A program made the position numbers and the translations under genes. Positions 9,448 to 20,289 of a DNA stretch of 64,000 bases are shown here, one piece after another. Each line of letters opens with the position of its first letter. Position 1 is the first letter of the stretch. The DNA is taken from IMG/VR virus record IMGVR_UViG_3300045988_117149; one strand, 5' to 3'. Under the pieces are notes generated by a model. That model saw only the letters and a list, made by a program, of their open reading frames with translations. It searched no databases and was not told where the DNA came from. The stretch comes from a virus.

Positions 9448-11906
9448 TGTTCTATTATTTGCCAAGATTGATTACTGTAGGTTGTAATGGTGAAAGTCTT
9501 TTCCGATAGGTCATCGAAATCCCATTCCAACTTTTGAGGACTAACACTTAAGAGATCTGCATCTACTACTGTGAACTTAGTTCTCTTAGAAGTATCTGCA
9601 ACTGATTCAAAGATATATTCTCCTGCTTGAGCAGTGATGAATTCATAGCCTTGTCCACCAGCATCGTAGGTATTAACCTTACCTACTTCCCTAATTCTAC
9701 TATCGAAATCTGGTTTATTCGAAGTACACTTGATTAGGGTAGATACTTGTTTAACAGTACCCTTTAGTTCGGCATACTCTGGAGTACAAGATATCTCAAT
9801 GATAGTTGGATAATCTTCTAGGATTACTTGGCATCTTAGAGAAGAACCATCATCAGCTACAAAGGTATAGGTACCTGCCTTGGTAAGAGTAATCTCTTCA
9901 CCCAGGTTATAGGTTTCCCCAGTCTCATCACAAGTAGCAGTACCATTTACATTTACCCCATTCTTCATCTCTTCCAGTGAGAACTTACAAGCAGACTTCT
10001 CATCTACCAAAGCATATACTGCATAGGTATCATCAATCTGGTCTTCAGGTAAAGTCCAATCGGGTTCTTGCCAATGTTCATCGGTAGTATCTGAAGGAAC
10101 TATCTTTAACTTATTCTGATATACTGTTGGAGAATTGCTTACAGTCCAGATAGTCCTTGCAGAGGGGTATGCTACGGATTGGAAAGTATAAGTTCCTGAC
10201 CTATTAGTAGTATATACATAACCACTCTTAGCATCAAATACTTCCCCAGTCTCTATCACTCTTACTCTATAATCATCTCCATTACCTGAGATACGTTGAA
10301 TACTTACTGCGGTCTTGGCTGAGCCATTGAACAAAGTAGAGGATGGTGGGTTAATACTAACTCGATAGATTGCAGTCTTACCAGAAGTTACTTCGAAGAT
10401 ACCTACACCTTCTTCAGTTTCTCTTTTATCAAGAGTACACCTAAACTTATAGGTACCATAACTGCTGGCAGTAAACTTATCACCATTCTTAAATAACTTA
10501 GTGTCACCTACCAACCTACAGTATAAGTCCCCGGTAAATGATTCTGGGTAATTGGATTCGATGGTTAGGGTAGTAGTTGCATCCCGTATACTTTGTTTAT
10601 CCCCAACTCGAAACTCAGAGGGAGTACATCTTACCTTATAAGTAATCTCTTGTCTGGTTACTACAAAGGAAGTTTGCTTTACTGGGAACTCTACAATCTC
10701 AAAGTAATAAGTACCTGGTTCTTTAAATTCCCAAGTTGCTCCTGATACCTTTACTTGGTCAGTCCCTGACAGTCGAACATTACAAGTTTTGATTTGTCCC
10801 TTATAAGATACGTTAGCCCTTACTACCGTATATACACTTAGCTTTGATGGAGTTATCTCTGCAGTAACTGGGTCACAGGTAATTGAATATACCCTATTAT
10901 AGGATTCTTGACCTACTGTGATTTGGGTTATCTTAGAGTTATCCCCAACACTTCTGAAATAATAAGTACCAGCCCTTGGTATATTAAATATGGAATCACT
11001 TGGATGTTTTGTGTATCCCCAGTTTATCTTATCACTTGATATCTGAAATCTTAAATCTGCATTAGGCCAATCAGCAGTTACCATTACCCTAACTGGTACT
11101 TCGTATACTTCAGAAGTTATCAGATTTGGTTGGTCTGGGTTTACCAATTCTGCTTTGATTGCATACCCATCGTTTACCGTAAATCCATATTGGATATTGA
11201 AGGATACGTGGTAAGGTATGAATCTTCGGAAGAAACTTTCTACTGCTTCCCTAAATCTCTTGAATGCCTCCGAATTCGAAGTATACCCATGACCTGTAAG
11301 ACTAAAGGTTACCGGTATACATTGAGAACAATCAAATGTATTATCATAGGAATACTTGTCGTCGTACAAGAAGTATTGGTCGAAGTAAGGATGGCCTTTT
11401 ATCCAACCATCGTAAGAATCTGCCTTAGCAGGGTCTGAGACTGTACAGGTTAACCCATATAGCCTCATCATTATTTCGAAGAACTCAGAAGTACCTCGTA
11501 TCTTGAATAGAGATACCGAGTATCTTAGAATGTTTCTTACTTGAGTACTGGTTAAGGTAAAAGGTCCCTCCTTGGGTATTATCCAAAGCTTTGATAATTC
11601 CTGGAGTTTACTGTCTGAGTAGAAACCATTAAAGTACTCTGACCACTTCTGGGCATCTATTGTGTTCCCATAAGCGAAGGGCATTTCTCCGAGGAATTGC
11701 CAAAGAAAGTTGAGATACATGTCTGGAGTTTTATCTATATCAATAATATCCAGAATGTTATCAATGTCCTTAGTAATATAATCTTCAAAATGCTCTCCAC
11801 AAATTTCTAGAAACCTCTCCAGAATGCCCTTACCATTTACCTTATAAGTATCTTGGTCCTTATATTCGAATGGTAAAAAATCGATTAGGTTTTTGAGGTT
11901 TATCAT
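9444..11906 (-). CDS. baseplate / fibre-proximal protein (gpI position) with six Ig-like repeats
   Basis: Follows the J-like gene as in P2/Mu. Six repeats spaced about 85 aa apart, each ending in G(T/E)Y(Y/T/K/I)F...(V/T). Confidence 0.55.
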   Translation of the reverse strand: MINLKNLIDFLPFEYKDQDTYKVNGKGILERFLEICGEHFEDYITKDIDNILDIIDIDKTPDMYLNFLWQFLGEMPFAYGNTIDAQKWSEYFNGFYSDSKLQELSKLWIIPKEGPFTLTSTQVRNILRYSVSLFKIRGTSEFFEIMMRLYGLTCTVSDPAKADSYDGWIKGHPYFDQYFLYDDKYSYDNTFDCSQCIPVTFSLTGHGYTSNSEAFKRFREAVESFFRRFIPYHVSFNIQYGFTVNDGYAIKAELVNPDQPNLITSEVYEVPVRVMVTADWPNADLRFQISSDKINWGYTKHPSDSIFNIPRAGTYYFRSVGDNSKITQITVGQESYNRVYSITCDPVTAEITPSKLSVYTVVRANVSYKGQIKTCNVRLSGTDQVKVSGATWEFKEPGTYYFEIVEFPVKQTSFVVTRQEITYKVRCTPSEFRVGDKQSIRDATTTLTIESNYPESFTGDLYCRLVGDTKLFKNGDKFTASSYGTYKFRCTLDKRETEEGVGIFEVTSGKTAIYRVSINPPSSTLFNGSAKTAVSIQRISGNGDDYRVRVIETGEVFDAKSGYVYTTNRSGTYTFQSVAYPSARTIWTVSNSPTVYQNKLKIVPSDTTDEHWQEPDWTLPEDQIDDTYAVYALVDEKSACKFSLEEMKNGVNVNGTATCDETGETYNLGEEITLTKAGTYTFVADDGSSLRCQVILEDYPTIIEISCTPEYAELKGTVKQVSTLIKCTSNKPDFDSRIREVGKVNTYDAGGQGYEFITAQAGEYIFESVADTSKRTKFTVVDADLLSVSPQKLEWDFDDLSEKTFTITTYSNQSWQIIEQ

Positions 11907-13624
11907 ACTATCTCATTTACGGTTAGTGTTAACTGTGAAGCATTTTCGAATACTGGTAAATTAAAACCAGGGTCTTCATAATCATGGTTGGGTTCTGATA
12001 CTGTAATTGAATAACGGTACCCAGATTGGTAACTGTTGTTCTGTATATCCAGGGAGAAGTCAAAACCATTTGCCTTGTCTACTACCTGAAGTGAACCACC
12101 AACAGAGCCCGTAGCTACATAACCATTCGATACTGAACGTACTGTGAAAGTCGTAGATGAATTGAAGGTTATGAAGTAGGTCATAGACCCAGTAGCCTTA
12201 TTCAATTTGAATTGTCCCAATGCAAGTTCTTTGTTGCCATAGATAGTAGTAGGCCAAGGCTTGATATAGAACTTGGTAAGGTGTAGGTAATCTACAGTAG
12301 ACAAATTATCAATCAGAGCATAGATATCAGATACCCTTACGCTTCCCCCAATCTCTGCTTGTTCTGGAGAGTAGGCATTATACAAAGCAGTAAGGATTTG
12401 AGTCTGTATCTCGGCAGTCTTATATGATTTCTTTCCAGTGACATCCATTTCCAAAATGATTTGAACTTTGCCTGCAGATTTAACCTTGAGCCAAGTAGTC
12501 ATTGGAGCCCTTTGAGATAATAGATTATATACTCTACTGATTAACTCAGAAGAAGCTACTGCTCCACCATCTGGGCTAATATATACCGTAAGTTTTCTAC
12601 CACATTCGTAATCTGCTTTTGCCTTATTAACCCCATCAACTAACATTGCCAGGCTTTCGAAATCCTCTTTGGTAATAGCTACTCCCAGAGTCTTAACACT
12701 CAAAGGTATATGTTCCTTGAGCATAGTGAAGTTCTCATAATTAGAACCGCCTCCGGCATCATAAGCATTACTTACAGTGGCATCTGTAATTGATGAGGAT
12801 ATAACGGAAGGTACTGAGGTAATTGTATTACTCTTTACATTACCCTGAGAACCATTGGTTAAGTAGAATACTACATTGGTTATCTTTGCACCTGCTGCAG
12901 GTTTCTTACCAAAGGTACCATCCCCAAACATAATATAGGGGTTTAGAGACTCATCTACTGACACCATAAAATGTTTATCAGTAGGTTTAGACTTTGCAAA
13001 GGTTTCTACCAGTACCCAAGATTCCCCACCTATTTGTAAAGACATAGAGCCATGTTCATAATACTTACCGTTGGGTAATGTACCAAGATTAAGTTGTACT
13101 CTATCTCCTGTGGGTATTACCATGTTATTGAGAGCACTTGTAGTATACTTCTCGTGTTGAATAATTGGTACCCTGCAGGTAGTTACATTTGAATACCAAG
13201 TAACGTCTCGGGCAGATAACCAGCTATTACCACTCTGGTCTGTAAATAGAGTTCCTTGTGGTATGGTTAACTTTGCACCAATGGAGTTACCAGTAATACT
13301 TCTAGATAAGATTACATCTACCGTAGCGGCAATTGCTGCTCGAGCATGGTAATCTACCAATGCACCATGTTTAACTACCGAATCATATCTACGAGCCGTA
13401 GATAAGAAAGTTTCTCTTGCCATATTGTCTACATAGTAATGCAGTACTTCGGCAATTGCTGCAAACAAGGAGAGAATGATAATAAGGATGTTTCCCTCCG
13501 AATAGTCCGTTATGAGTTTCTGACCATCCTTGTCCTTAAGACCCATAAGGGATTCTACCAGCTTGGCCTTAATTTGTTGGTAAGACCTCTGGTATGGGTT
13601 AAGCCATTTATTTGTGATTCCCAT
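11903..13624 (-). CDS. baseplate J-like wedge protein
   Basis: 573 aa, lying directly after the gp25/W-like gene (W-J-I order). ATGA overlap with the next gene. Confidence 0.65.
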   Translation of the reverse strand: MGITNKWLNPYQRSYQQIKAKLVESLMGLKDKDGQKLITDYSEGNILIIILSLFAAIAEVLHYYVDNMARETFLSTARRYDSVVKHGALVDYHARAAIAATVDVILSRSITGNSIGAKLTIPQGTLFTDQSGNSWLSARDVTWYSNVTTCRVPIIQHEKYTTSALNNMVIPTGDRVQLNLGTLPNGKYYEHGSMSLQIGGESWVLVETFAKSKPTDKHFMVSVDESLNPYIMFGDGTFGKKPAAGAKITNVVFYLTNGSQGNVKSNTITSVPSVISSSITDATVSNAYDAGGGSNYENFTMLKEHIPLSVKTLGVAITKEDFESLAMLVDGVNKAKADYECGRKLTVYISPDGGAVASSELISRVYNLLSQRAPMTTWLKVKSAGKVQIILEMDVTGKKSYKTAEIQTQILTALYNAYSPEQAEIGGSVRVSDIYALIDNLSTVDYLHLTKFYIKPWPTTIYGNKELALGQFKLNKATGSMTYFITFNSSTTFTVRSVSNGYVATGSVGGSLQVVDKANGFDFSLDIQNNSYQSGYRYSITVSEPNHDYEDPGFNLPVFENASQLTLTVNEIV

Positions 13625-13625
13625 A

Positions 13626-14051
13626 TTATTGTGTATTTAATGAATTATCCGAGTGATCATAGGTGATGTCGAGGTACTGACTAGAATTTGTTCCATTTAC
13701 TACATAAGCTACTTCTATATGTATTTTTGCATCAACTCTAGTAACGGTAATGCTTTGGAAGGTTATTCTCTGTTCCCATGCACCTATGGCTTGTTTTAAA
13801 AACTCTTTAATTATAAAACTTAGGGCTTGTGAGTTTGGTTCCTCGATACATTGCCAAAGTTTACTACCAAAGTTTTCTTGTCGAAATCTCTGGCCAATCA
13901 TGTAATATAGGATAGCACTTATATTATCCCGGATAAGTTTGAAATCCCCATTGACTGGGTACCAACCGGTCTCTCCCTTTTCGTTTCGAGTAAGTTGAAT
14001 AGGGAATGTTACACCTATACCAACTATATCTGTGAAGTAATTCTTTTCCAT
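13626..14051 (-). CDS. baseplate wedge protein, gp25 / GPW-like
   Basis: IRDNISAILYYMIGQRFRQENFGSKLW matches the GPW_gp25 pattern. The ATG at 14051 gives a TAATG junction; the track start at 14063 is a TTG. Confidence 0.75.
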   Translation of the reverse strand: MEKNYFTDIVGIGVTFPIQLTRNEKGETGWYPVNGDFKLIRDNISAILYYMIGQRFRQENFGSKLWQCIEEPNSQALSFIIKEFLKQAIGAWEQRITFQSITVTRVDAKIHIEVAYVVNGTNSSQYLDITYDHSDNSLNTQ

Positions 14052-14773
14052 TAGTGTATACAAGATTTATCCTCATAATCATCAATCTGAAATTGTGAGA
14101 ATGGTTTAGTTACTTGAGTTACTGTAGGACCTGAAGAACCAGGTCCAGTAGTTACACCTGAGTGTACATGAGAGTTGAACATACTTCTTAGTTGTTCAAG
14201 TTCCTTAATCGTTTGATTTAGTTTCTCAGTTAACTGTTCGATGTTAATGATTCCCCTATTACTACCCTCATTTAGTACTACAGTATCACCAGAATTAATA
14301 CCAATGCTTTTCTTAGAAGCCACTACCACATCTGATTCTGAGTATACCGATACAGTACCATTGAAGTATAAATTCAGAGTTCCTTCATCATCATTGATAA
14401 CAATCAAATTACCTTCGGGAGTAACCAACCCCATCTTATTGGGACCATTCAATGGCTCAGGAATTTGTTGTAATCCCCACCCATGATATTCCCAAAGAGG
14501 TTTAGTTGGGTCTCCGAACTCGAAGGTAACAAAAACTATATCGCCTATCTTAGGAGCTAAGAACTTGAAACCAGTACTGATTGAACCGTGTTGTCCTTTA
14601 GGTAAAGCCCATGCAAAAGTACCGCCCATTACTTCTGGGATACATACTTTCACCCTATTCATATTCTTCTCAGTATCTTCATTGTCTACGACTATACCTC
14701 GATAAACTGAGTAGTACCTACCAAGACCTTCTAGGCCTTCTTCGGTTATTATCTTTGCAGTTTCGTATCCCAT
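14051..14773 (-). CDS. baseplate spike / assembly protein V-like
   Basis: N-terminal OB-fold-like segment GIVVDNEDTEKNMNRVKVCIPEVMGG...WALP. Position before the W-like gene. Confidence 0.6.
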   Translation of the reverse strand: MGYETAKIITEEGLEGLGRYYSVYRGIVVDNEDTEKNMNRVKVCIPEVMGGTFAWALPKGQHGSISTGFKFLAPKIGDIVFVTFEFGDPTKPLWEYHGWGLQQIPEPLNGPNKMGLVTPEGNLIVINDDEGTLNLYFNGTVSVYSESDVVVASKKSIGINSGDTVVLNEGSNRGIINIEQLTEKLNQTIKELEQLRSMFNSHVHSGVTTGPGSSGPTVTQVTKPFSQFQIDDYEDKSCIH

Positions 14774-14775
14774 AA

Positions 14776-16653
14776 TTATTTTAATTTATTCTTTCTTATG
14801 TACTCTGTGAAATTCTTCTGAGCTACTTTTGAATAATCGAACTTAACCCAATAATCATCTGGTACTTGAACTTCCTTGATGGATATCTTGCCTGGGATAT
14901 ACTTACCTGTAGAAGTAGTAGTATTACCTGAACTAATAACTATACCTTCTGATTTAGCTATTGGGTCTTTAGCAACTACTTCAGTATAATAAGCTTTCTT
15001 ACGAACAAATTCAGAAGCACCTTTTTTATCAACTACCTCACCATTCTTACCCATGAAGTTCTCTACAAAGTATACTACTTCATTATAGGTGAAGTCAAGT
15101 ACTAATTCATTGGTATTACTCAAGGCTTTCTTATCTTTACCCTTATCGGTTTTACTATTCGACTTAGCATCATTAGCCACAATAGTTTGAGTAGATAAAC
15201 CAGATTTCGATGTAACTGAGCCTGACTTACCAGCATTCTTAACCAGCTCTAAGTTAGTTACATAACCTTGACCTGCATCCATGGAATGAGTACATTGCTT
15301 AATGTACCAAGGTCCCGACCAACGTCTACCCACGTTATCAATTATAACAATCTGGGAAGATGCTAGAGAAGGTCTGCCCACTACTTGCATTTTGCATACG
15401 AGCCGTTTTTCGGTATGCTTTAAACCACCATTGGCATTAGCATTAGCTGCCCAAGCATACTTATCTGCCCCACCATATCTACCAAAGAGATTATGATAGA
15501 GTTTATAGATAGGTACTTTAACATTAGATTTCTTCCAATGTTGTACTTTTACCTTCTTACCATATTGACCTTGACCATAATGTTTAGAAGTATCAGTTTC
15601 CATATCACTAAGGACAATGGTATAGGGGTCATTCTTTAGAGCAGCATACCCTCTTTTAGAAGCAGGTAATACTCCCATCTGATAGTTTATACCGGAAGCA
15701 ATTCCAGCACCTGCTTGATTAGAAGCGTAGCCTTCTGGGTCATAATCCATGGGGTCCACATATTCTATGGTCATATAGGTCATCTGGTCATCGCCTTCAA
15801 ATAGGTATCTTTCATTTTTAAGGATGTTGTAAAGATTAGCCTCCAATTCCTTACCATTCTTTGAATTACGTAAAGCTTGTTGTACTGCTCTCTTACGGTC
15901 ACTGGGCAAATTAGAAACTGCTTGATTAATGGTCTCTCTTAATTCATCCATATTCATTTCATCCAGATGTTTCTGCTTCCCCTTTTCATAAGCTTCTGCA
16001 GGATTAGAAGCATTGAATTCCTGAAGTGCTTGCCTATGAGTTAAGTACCTATCGAAGCTTTTATTCTGAGCATCCCATTCTCCAATATGGTTAGTTGTGG
16101 GATGACTTCGATAATCTTCTACATTATCACTACCATAATTAACCACCATTGTATTATCTACTCTGGCTATATATTGGTCATTCTCATTCGAAGTTTTTTC
16201 CTCTTCTGGTTCTTTTATACCAGTAGTGATTACATTTAAGTCCTTAGTTTCTGGACTTACCAAAGGAGATAGAGTTGCCTTAACTCTCTTAGTAATGTTC
16301 TCCATAGTAAATGATACACTGAGTACCTCACCGTTTTCTCCTTGGTAAGTATAAGTATGAACTGGTTCCTCATTGAACTTACGATTGTGTATGTAGATAA
16401 CTCCATCTCTGGAATCTACATACCAAGGCCCATTGGTATAACCTTTCATCTTCTGTTCTAATTGAACCAAGATATTCTTACCCACCAAACCAAAGTCGCT
16501 ATCAATCAGAGCCTTCAAATCCTCAGGCATAGCTACTTGAGCTACTCCACTAAACCGGTTAGCATAAAGCACCTTTCCAGTAGTAGTTCGAGTATTTTCT
16601 GTAGGCACCTGTAGTGACTCGTATACTTTATTACTTATTATCTGTTGTTCCAT
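14776..16653 (-). CDS. baseplate hub protein (gpD / Mu gp44 position)
   Basis: 625 aa, between the tape-measure-proximal genes and the spike; synteny only. Confidence 0.45.
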   Translation of the reverse strand: MEQQIISNKVYESLQVPTENTRTTTGKVLYANRFSGVAQVAMPEDLKALIDSDFGLVGKNILVQLEQKMKGYTNGPWYVDSRDGVIYIHNRKFNEEPVHTYTYQGENGEVLSVSFTMENITKRVKATLSPLVSPETKDLNVITTGIKEPEEEKTSNENDQYIARVDNTMVVNYGSDNVEDYRSHPTTNHIGEWDAQNKSFDRYLTHRQALQEFNASNPAEAYEKGKQKHLDEMNMDELRETINQAVSNLPSDRKRAVQQALRNSKNGKELEANLYNILKNERYLFEGDDQMTYMTIEYVDPMDYDPEGYASNQAGAGIASGINYQMGVLPASKRGYAALKNDPYTIVLSDMETDTSKHYGQGQYGKKVKVQHWKKSNVKVPIYKLYHNLFGRYGGADKYAWAANANANGGLKHTEKRLVCKMQVVGRPSLASSQIVIIDNVGRRWSGPWYIKQCTHSMDAGQGYVTNLELVKNAGKSGSVTSKSGLSTQTIVANDAKSNSKTDKGKDKKALSNTNELVLDFTYNEVVYFVENFMGKNGEVVDKKGASEFVRKKAYYTEVVAKDPIAKSEGIVISSGNTTTSTGKYIPGKISIKEVQVPDDYWVKFDYSKVAQKNFTEYIRKNKLK

Positions 16654-17144
16654 TACTGAAAGATTTCTATGATTACACCAGTAGCATTATCACAACCATT
16701 GTCCAAGAAGGTAGATAACTTATAACCTTCCATATCCGAAAAGTTATAGGCTGGTTGGTACCTTAAATCACCCGTTGAATCAATGCACTTAATAGTTACA
16801 TGAGTACCCGTGGAATCGAAAGTAGCATCGAAGTCTCTCACCTTGATTATCTTAACTGGACCCGATACGAATTGACCGTCTGGATAAATATAACCCCACT
16901 GAAGGCAGATTACCTGACCCTCTTGCAAAGCTTCAATATCTACGGTATCTGGATTACCAGTATCAAAAGTGATAGTAGCTAAATTCTCTTTCTCCTCATC
17001 ATATCTATAAGTCCAGGTACTTATATACGCTCCAAGAGGAATGCCCGTAAGAGGATTCTTAATGGGCATTCCTTGAAAATCGAAAAGGGCCAAGTAGGGT
17101 TGGCCCATTCCATTATATAATATGGGTTTTTGTTTAGCCGGCAT
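16653..17144 (-). CDS. hypothetical tail/baseplate protein
   Basis: 163-aa ORF with TAATG coupling to the downstream gene. Confidence 0.5.
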   Translation of the reverse strand: MPAKQKPILYNGMGQPYLALFDFQGMPIKNPLTGIPLGAYISTWTYRYDEEKENLATITFDTGNPDTVDIEALQEGQVICLQWGYIYPDGQFVSGPVKIIKVRDFDATFDSTGTHVTIKCIDSTGDLRYQPAYNFSDMEGYKLSTFLDNGCDNATGVIIEIFQ

Positions 17145-17424
17145 ACACAGGAATTTTTATAAGGGTTCCACTTTCTAATTCCTTAAAAGGATTGAGGATA
17201 GTATTGGCTTCAGCAATTAGAAACCATTTACCAGAATCCCCATAATACCGATAAGCAATATTCTGCAAAGTCTCACCATCCTTAACTGTATGTTGGATGT
17301 CATCACTTGATGAGGGTACTGATGTACGTACTGCCTCTAAAGAATAATCTCCATCACCATAGTTTAAAACATAGGCTTGGTCATAGGGACTTGCACCTTT
17401 TAAATATTGAGATGTATCAATCAT
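17134..17424 (-). CDS. LysM-domain tail protein (gpX-like)
   Basis: HTVKDGETLQNIAYRYYGDSGKWFLIAEAN...GTLIKIP is a LysM motif. The ATG at 17424 overlaps the upstream stop (ATGATTGA). Confidence 0.75.
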   Translation of the reverse strand: MIDTSQYLKGASPYDQAYVLNYGDGDYSLEAVRTSVPSSSDDIQHTVKDGETLQNIAYRYYGDSGKWFLIAEANTILNPFKELESGTLIKIPVYAG

Positions 17425-18334
17425 ATTTAATGCCCTCCGTCTTCTTAAGTGAATCAGAATTAATAAAATCTCCATAGGATAAGTTATAGGCACTTACTCT
17501 CTTGAAGATTAATTCCTGAGTTGCTGCTGCAGGCAATAATTTACCATTGCCAAATGTAGCAGGTTTACCAGGTACCCTTATCCTATAACCATTCTGAAAG
17601 TTCTTCAGAGTATAGGTTGCAGAGGTAAGGATATAATAATGGTTTTCGAATATACCGGAATCTCCCCACTCTATTTGGATTATAGGAGGTGCTGCTTGGT
17701 AACCATTTGCCTTCGTCCAGGCTTCAAGTAATCTACATTTATTTATCACTTCCTCTGGGTTATCCAAAGTAGTTGAGAACCAAGATACATTGAATTGAAT
17801 GATATCTTCTGCTCCCGTGAAATGATACATAGGTGTATTACGACCCATAGACTTAATGGTTGCCCAAGTAGTTTCCCCTCTAAAATCTAATTCAGGAGGT
17901 CGATTCTGTAAAGTAATATATTGGGTTGGGTTAGCAGACATGTTATAAATCCGTACTTCGTTTTGATACCGGATGTCTGCCTTTACTTCGAAGTTTCTGT
18001 AATTAGTGGTATTCTTATTACCCTTTGCTGGGTCTACTCCTTCCCCTTCCTCTTGACGTGGGAATTGTAATTCCATTCTCCACTTTGCCTGGAGTTGTTT
18101 GTTTAGAGTTGGGTTCTTAGAAGATATCTGAGCTTCTCCGGGTACCCCATTTGGGTCATAGATCTTACCCTTGAGAGCACTATCTTTTGGAAGAGTAGAA
18201 GTAGCTCGGTTAAGTAATATCCGAGCTCTCCAAAGTTTATTCAAAGGGCCAGTAAGAACACCAGCTGTATCTCGAGTAAGGTCATTGTATTTTTCAATAA
18301 CTTTACCAGCTGCCTGTCCTAATATTTTAGCCAT
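17417..18334 (-). CDS. tail protein (Mu gp43 / DNA-circularisation-protein position)
   Basis: 305 aa, directly after the tape measure gene; synteny only. Confidence 0.4.
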   Translation of the reverse strand: MAKILGQAAGKVIEKYNDLTRDTAGVLTGPLNKLWRARILLNRATSTLPKDSALKGKIYDPNGVPGEAQISSKNPTLNKQLQAKWRMELQFPRQEEGEGVDPAKGNKNTTNYRNFEVKADIRYQNEVRIYNMSANPTQYITLQNRPPELDFRGETTWATIKSMGRNTPMYHFTGAEDIIQFNVSWFSTTLDNPEEVINKCRLLEAWTKANGYQAAPPIIQIEWGDSGIFENHYYILTSATYTLKNFQNGYRIRVPGKPATFGNGKLLPAAATQELIFKRVSAYNLSYGDFINSDSLKKTEGIKYD

Positions 18335-18345
18335 AATATTTTAGT

Positions 18346-20289
18346 TTATAATCCTAATACTACTCCAGTATAATCCTGTTGACTACCAAGGGTATAGTCT
18401 CCCACGGATTGCCCATCTATACTAATGCCAATCTTGCCTTCTTTTAAGCCATCCCTAATTGCAGACTTTATAGCATTAACAAATTTCTCTTCATTCTGAG
18501 CCCTAATGGTTAATGGGTCATCTTCTTTGTTATTCTGGGCATCAGTATTCCTATCTACCGAGCTTATCAATCTACTACCCACTTCAATTAATAAGGGTAA
18601 ACCGATAGTAATTGCTAAACCCCAGGGTCCTCCTAAGAATCCCATAAATCTGCCAAGCATACCGGTTAAACCTCTAGTAGCAATCTGACCTGCTGCTCTA
18701 CCACCTGCATTAGCAGCGGCTCCCCCAACGGCACCGCCCATGAGATTACCCGCCATAGTAGTTGCCATTGGTACACCAGGATTTGGTGTCTTAACATACC
18801 TACCGTTTGACATATTGTAGAATCGACCTTTGCTATTCATTCCGATACCACTTGACATCATCTGGAGTTGAACCATAGTTCTCATGAGATTAACCATACT
18901 TACCATGTGAGCTTCCATGATGGCAAATTGGGTATTAGTCTTTATAGCTGCAGCTGACATACCATTGGTTTCAGTAGTAGTTAAGGCCTGAAGATAAGAG
19001 GTCATCCTCATGATACCTCTCAAAGTCCTAAAGCCTGCCACTATAGTACCAACTACTACACCCGTAGCAGCTACTCTTAAGGCAAAGCTACCTCCCCAAG
19101 TTTCTGAAATAGTATTAACTATGTCTACAAACTTAGTTCCGAATTGGAGAACGGGAGTAAATACTCTACCCATTGCAGCACCTGCAGTTACCGTTAAGTT
19201 CTCAAGTGAAGATTCCCATTGGTCAATTACACCGGCATCTGTCTTAAGTCTTTCTTCGTTCATCTGGTTTACTGCACCCATATTCTTATTATAGGTAGCA
19301 AGTATCTGTCCCATCTTATCCCTACCAGAGGCAATATCTCTAAGTACTGGGAGCATACCACGATTACCACGAACACCGAAGATATTGAAGAATGTTGGAG
19401 TTTCAACACGAGAAGGCATATCTACTGCTGCCTTAGCAAACTTTTGATATACAGAATATAAGTCAATAAGATTACCCTGAGCATCGAAGAAGTCATCGGG
19501 ACTTAAGCCCATGTTTGCTAAAGCGTTATAGCCTTTCTTTTTTTGGTTAACAAGAGATAGTTGTAAATAACGTATCATATTTGCCAGAGAGGTACCAGCC
19601 ATAGAACCTTGTATACCCATATCTCCCAATACACCAATGGCCGCAGCAGTTTGCCTAAGATCTACTCCTGCAGTTGCCATATCTGCTCCTGCATAAGATA
19701 TGGACTGGGCTAAGTCCTGCAAAGATATATTTGCATTAGTTACTGCAGTATATAAATCATCAGTTACTCTAGCGGCTTCGGTCATTGGGATTTGGTACAT
19801 TGACATGATATTAGTCATCAAGTCAGCTACACCACCTTTACCTCCCACTGGCATTGTAAAGATTGAAGCCAGCTTAGAAGCCGGCCCAATCATTTCCTTA
19901 ATAGCATCGAATTTATTACCTGCCATAGCCAGGTATCTTTGTCCTGATGCAACATCCGAAGCAGTAAGAGGTGTCATAGCATTGACGTCTTTTGCCAATT
20001 GTAACATCTCCTTCTGTTCTGCAATGGTAGCACCAGCAATCTTCGAAGCAGTCCAAACTTCATTCTGAACACCTGCAGAGTATTTATAGGCCCTGGCCAT
20101 TCCCCCTACGAGCTGCATTCCGAAGTCTAGTGAATTAGAAGCTGACATCTGAATACCTCTGTTCCAGGTATTCATATCATTCATCATAGTTCTAAATGAA
20201 CCAGATATCTTACCAGCTTCTTGAGAGAATCGGTCTCTTAAAACCATGGCAACACCGACCTCTATTACACTCCTACTGGCATTTATCAT
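18346..20289 (-). CDS. tail tape measure protein
   Basis: 647 aa, rich in Ala/Gly/Met and helical, with C-terminal hydrophobic Gly-rich segments. Preceded by a frameshifting chaperone gene. Confidence 0.8.
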   Translation of the reverse strand: MINASRSVIEVGVAMVLRDRFSQEAGKISGSFRTMMNDMNTWNRGIQMSASNSLDFGMQLVGGMARAYKYSAGVQNEVWTASKIAGATIAEQKEMLQLAKDVNAMTPLTASDVASGQRYLAMAGNKFDAIKEMIGPASKLASIFTMPVGGKGGVADLMTNIMSMYQIPMTEAARVTDDLYTAVTNANISLQDLAQSISYAGADMATAGVDLRQTAAAIGVLGDMGIQGSMAGTSLANMIRYLQLSLVNQKKKGYNALANMGLSPDDFFDAQGNLIDLYSVYQKFAKAAVDMPSRVETPTFFNIFGVRGNRGMLPVLRDIASGRDKMGQILATYNKNMGAVNQMNEERLKTDAGVIDQWESSLENLTVTAGAAMGRVFTPVLQFGTKFVDIVNTISETWGGSFALRVAATGVVVGTIVAGFRTLRGIMRMTSYLQALTTTETNGMSAAAIKTNTQFAIMEAHMVSMVNLMRTMVQLQMMSSGIGMNSKGRFYNMSNGRYVKTPNPGVPMATTMAGNLMGGAVGGAAANAGGRAAGQIATRGLTGMLGRFMGFLGGPWGLAITIGLPLLIEVGSRLISSVDRNTDAQNNKEDDPLTIRAQNEEKFVNAIKSAIRDGLKEGKIGISIDGQSVGDYTLGSQQDYTGVVLGL

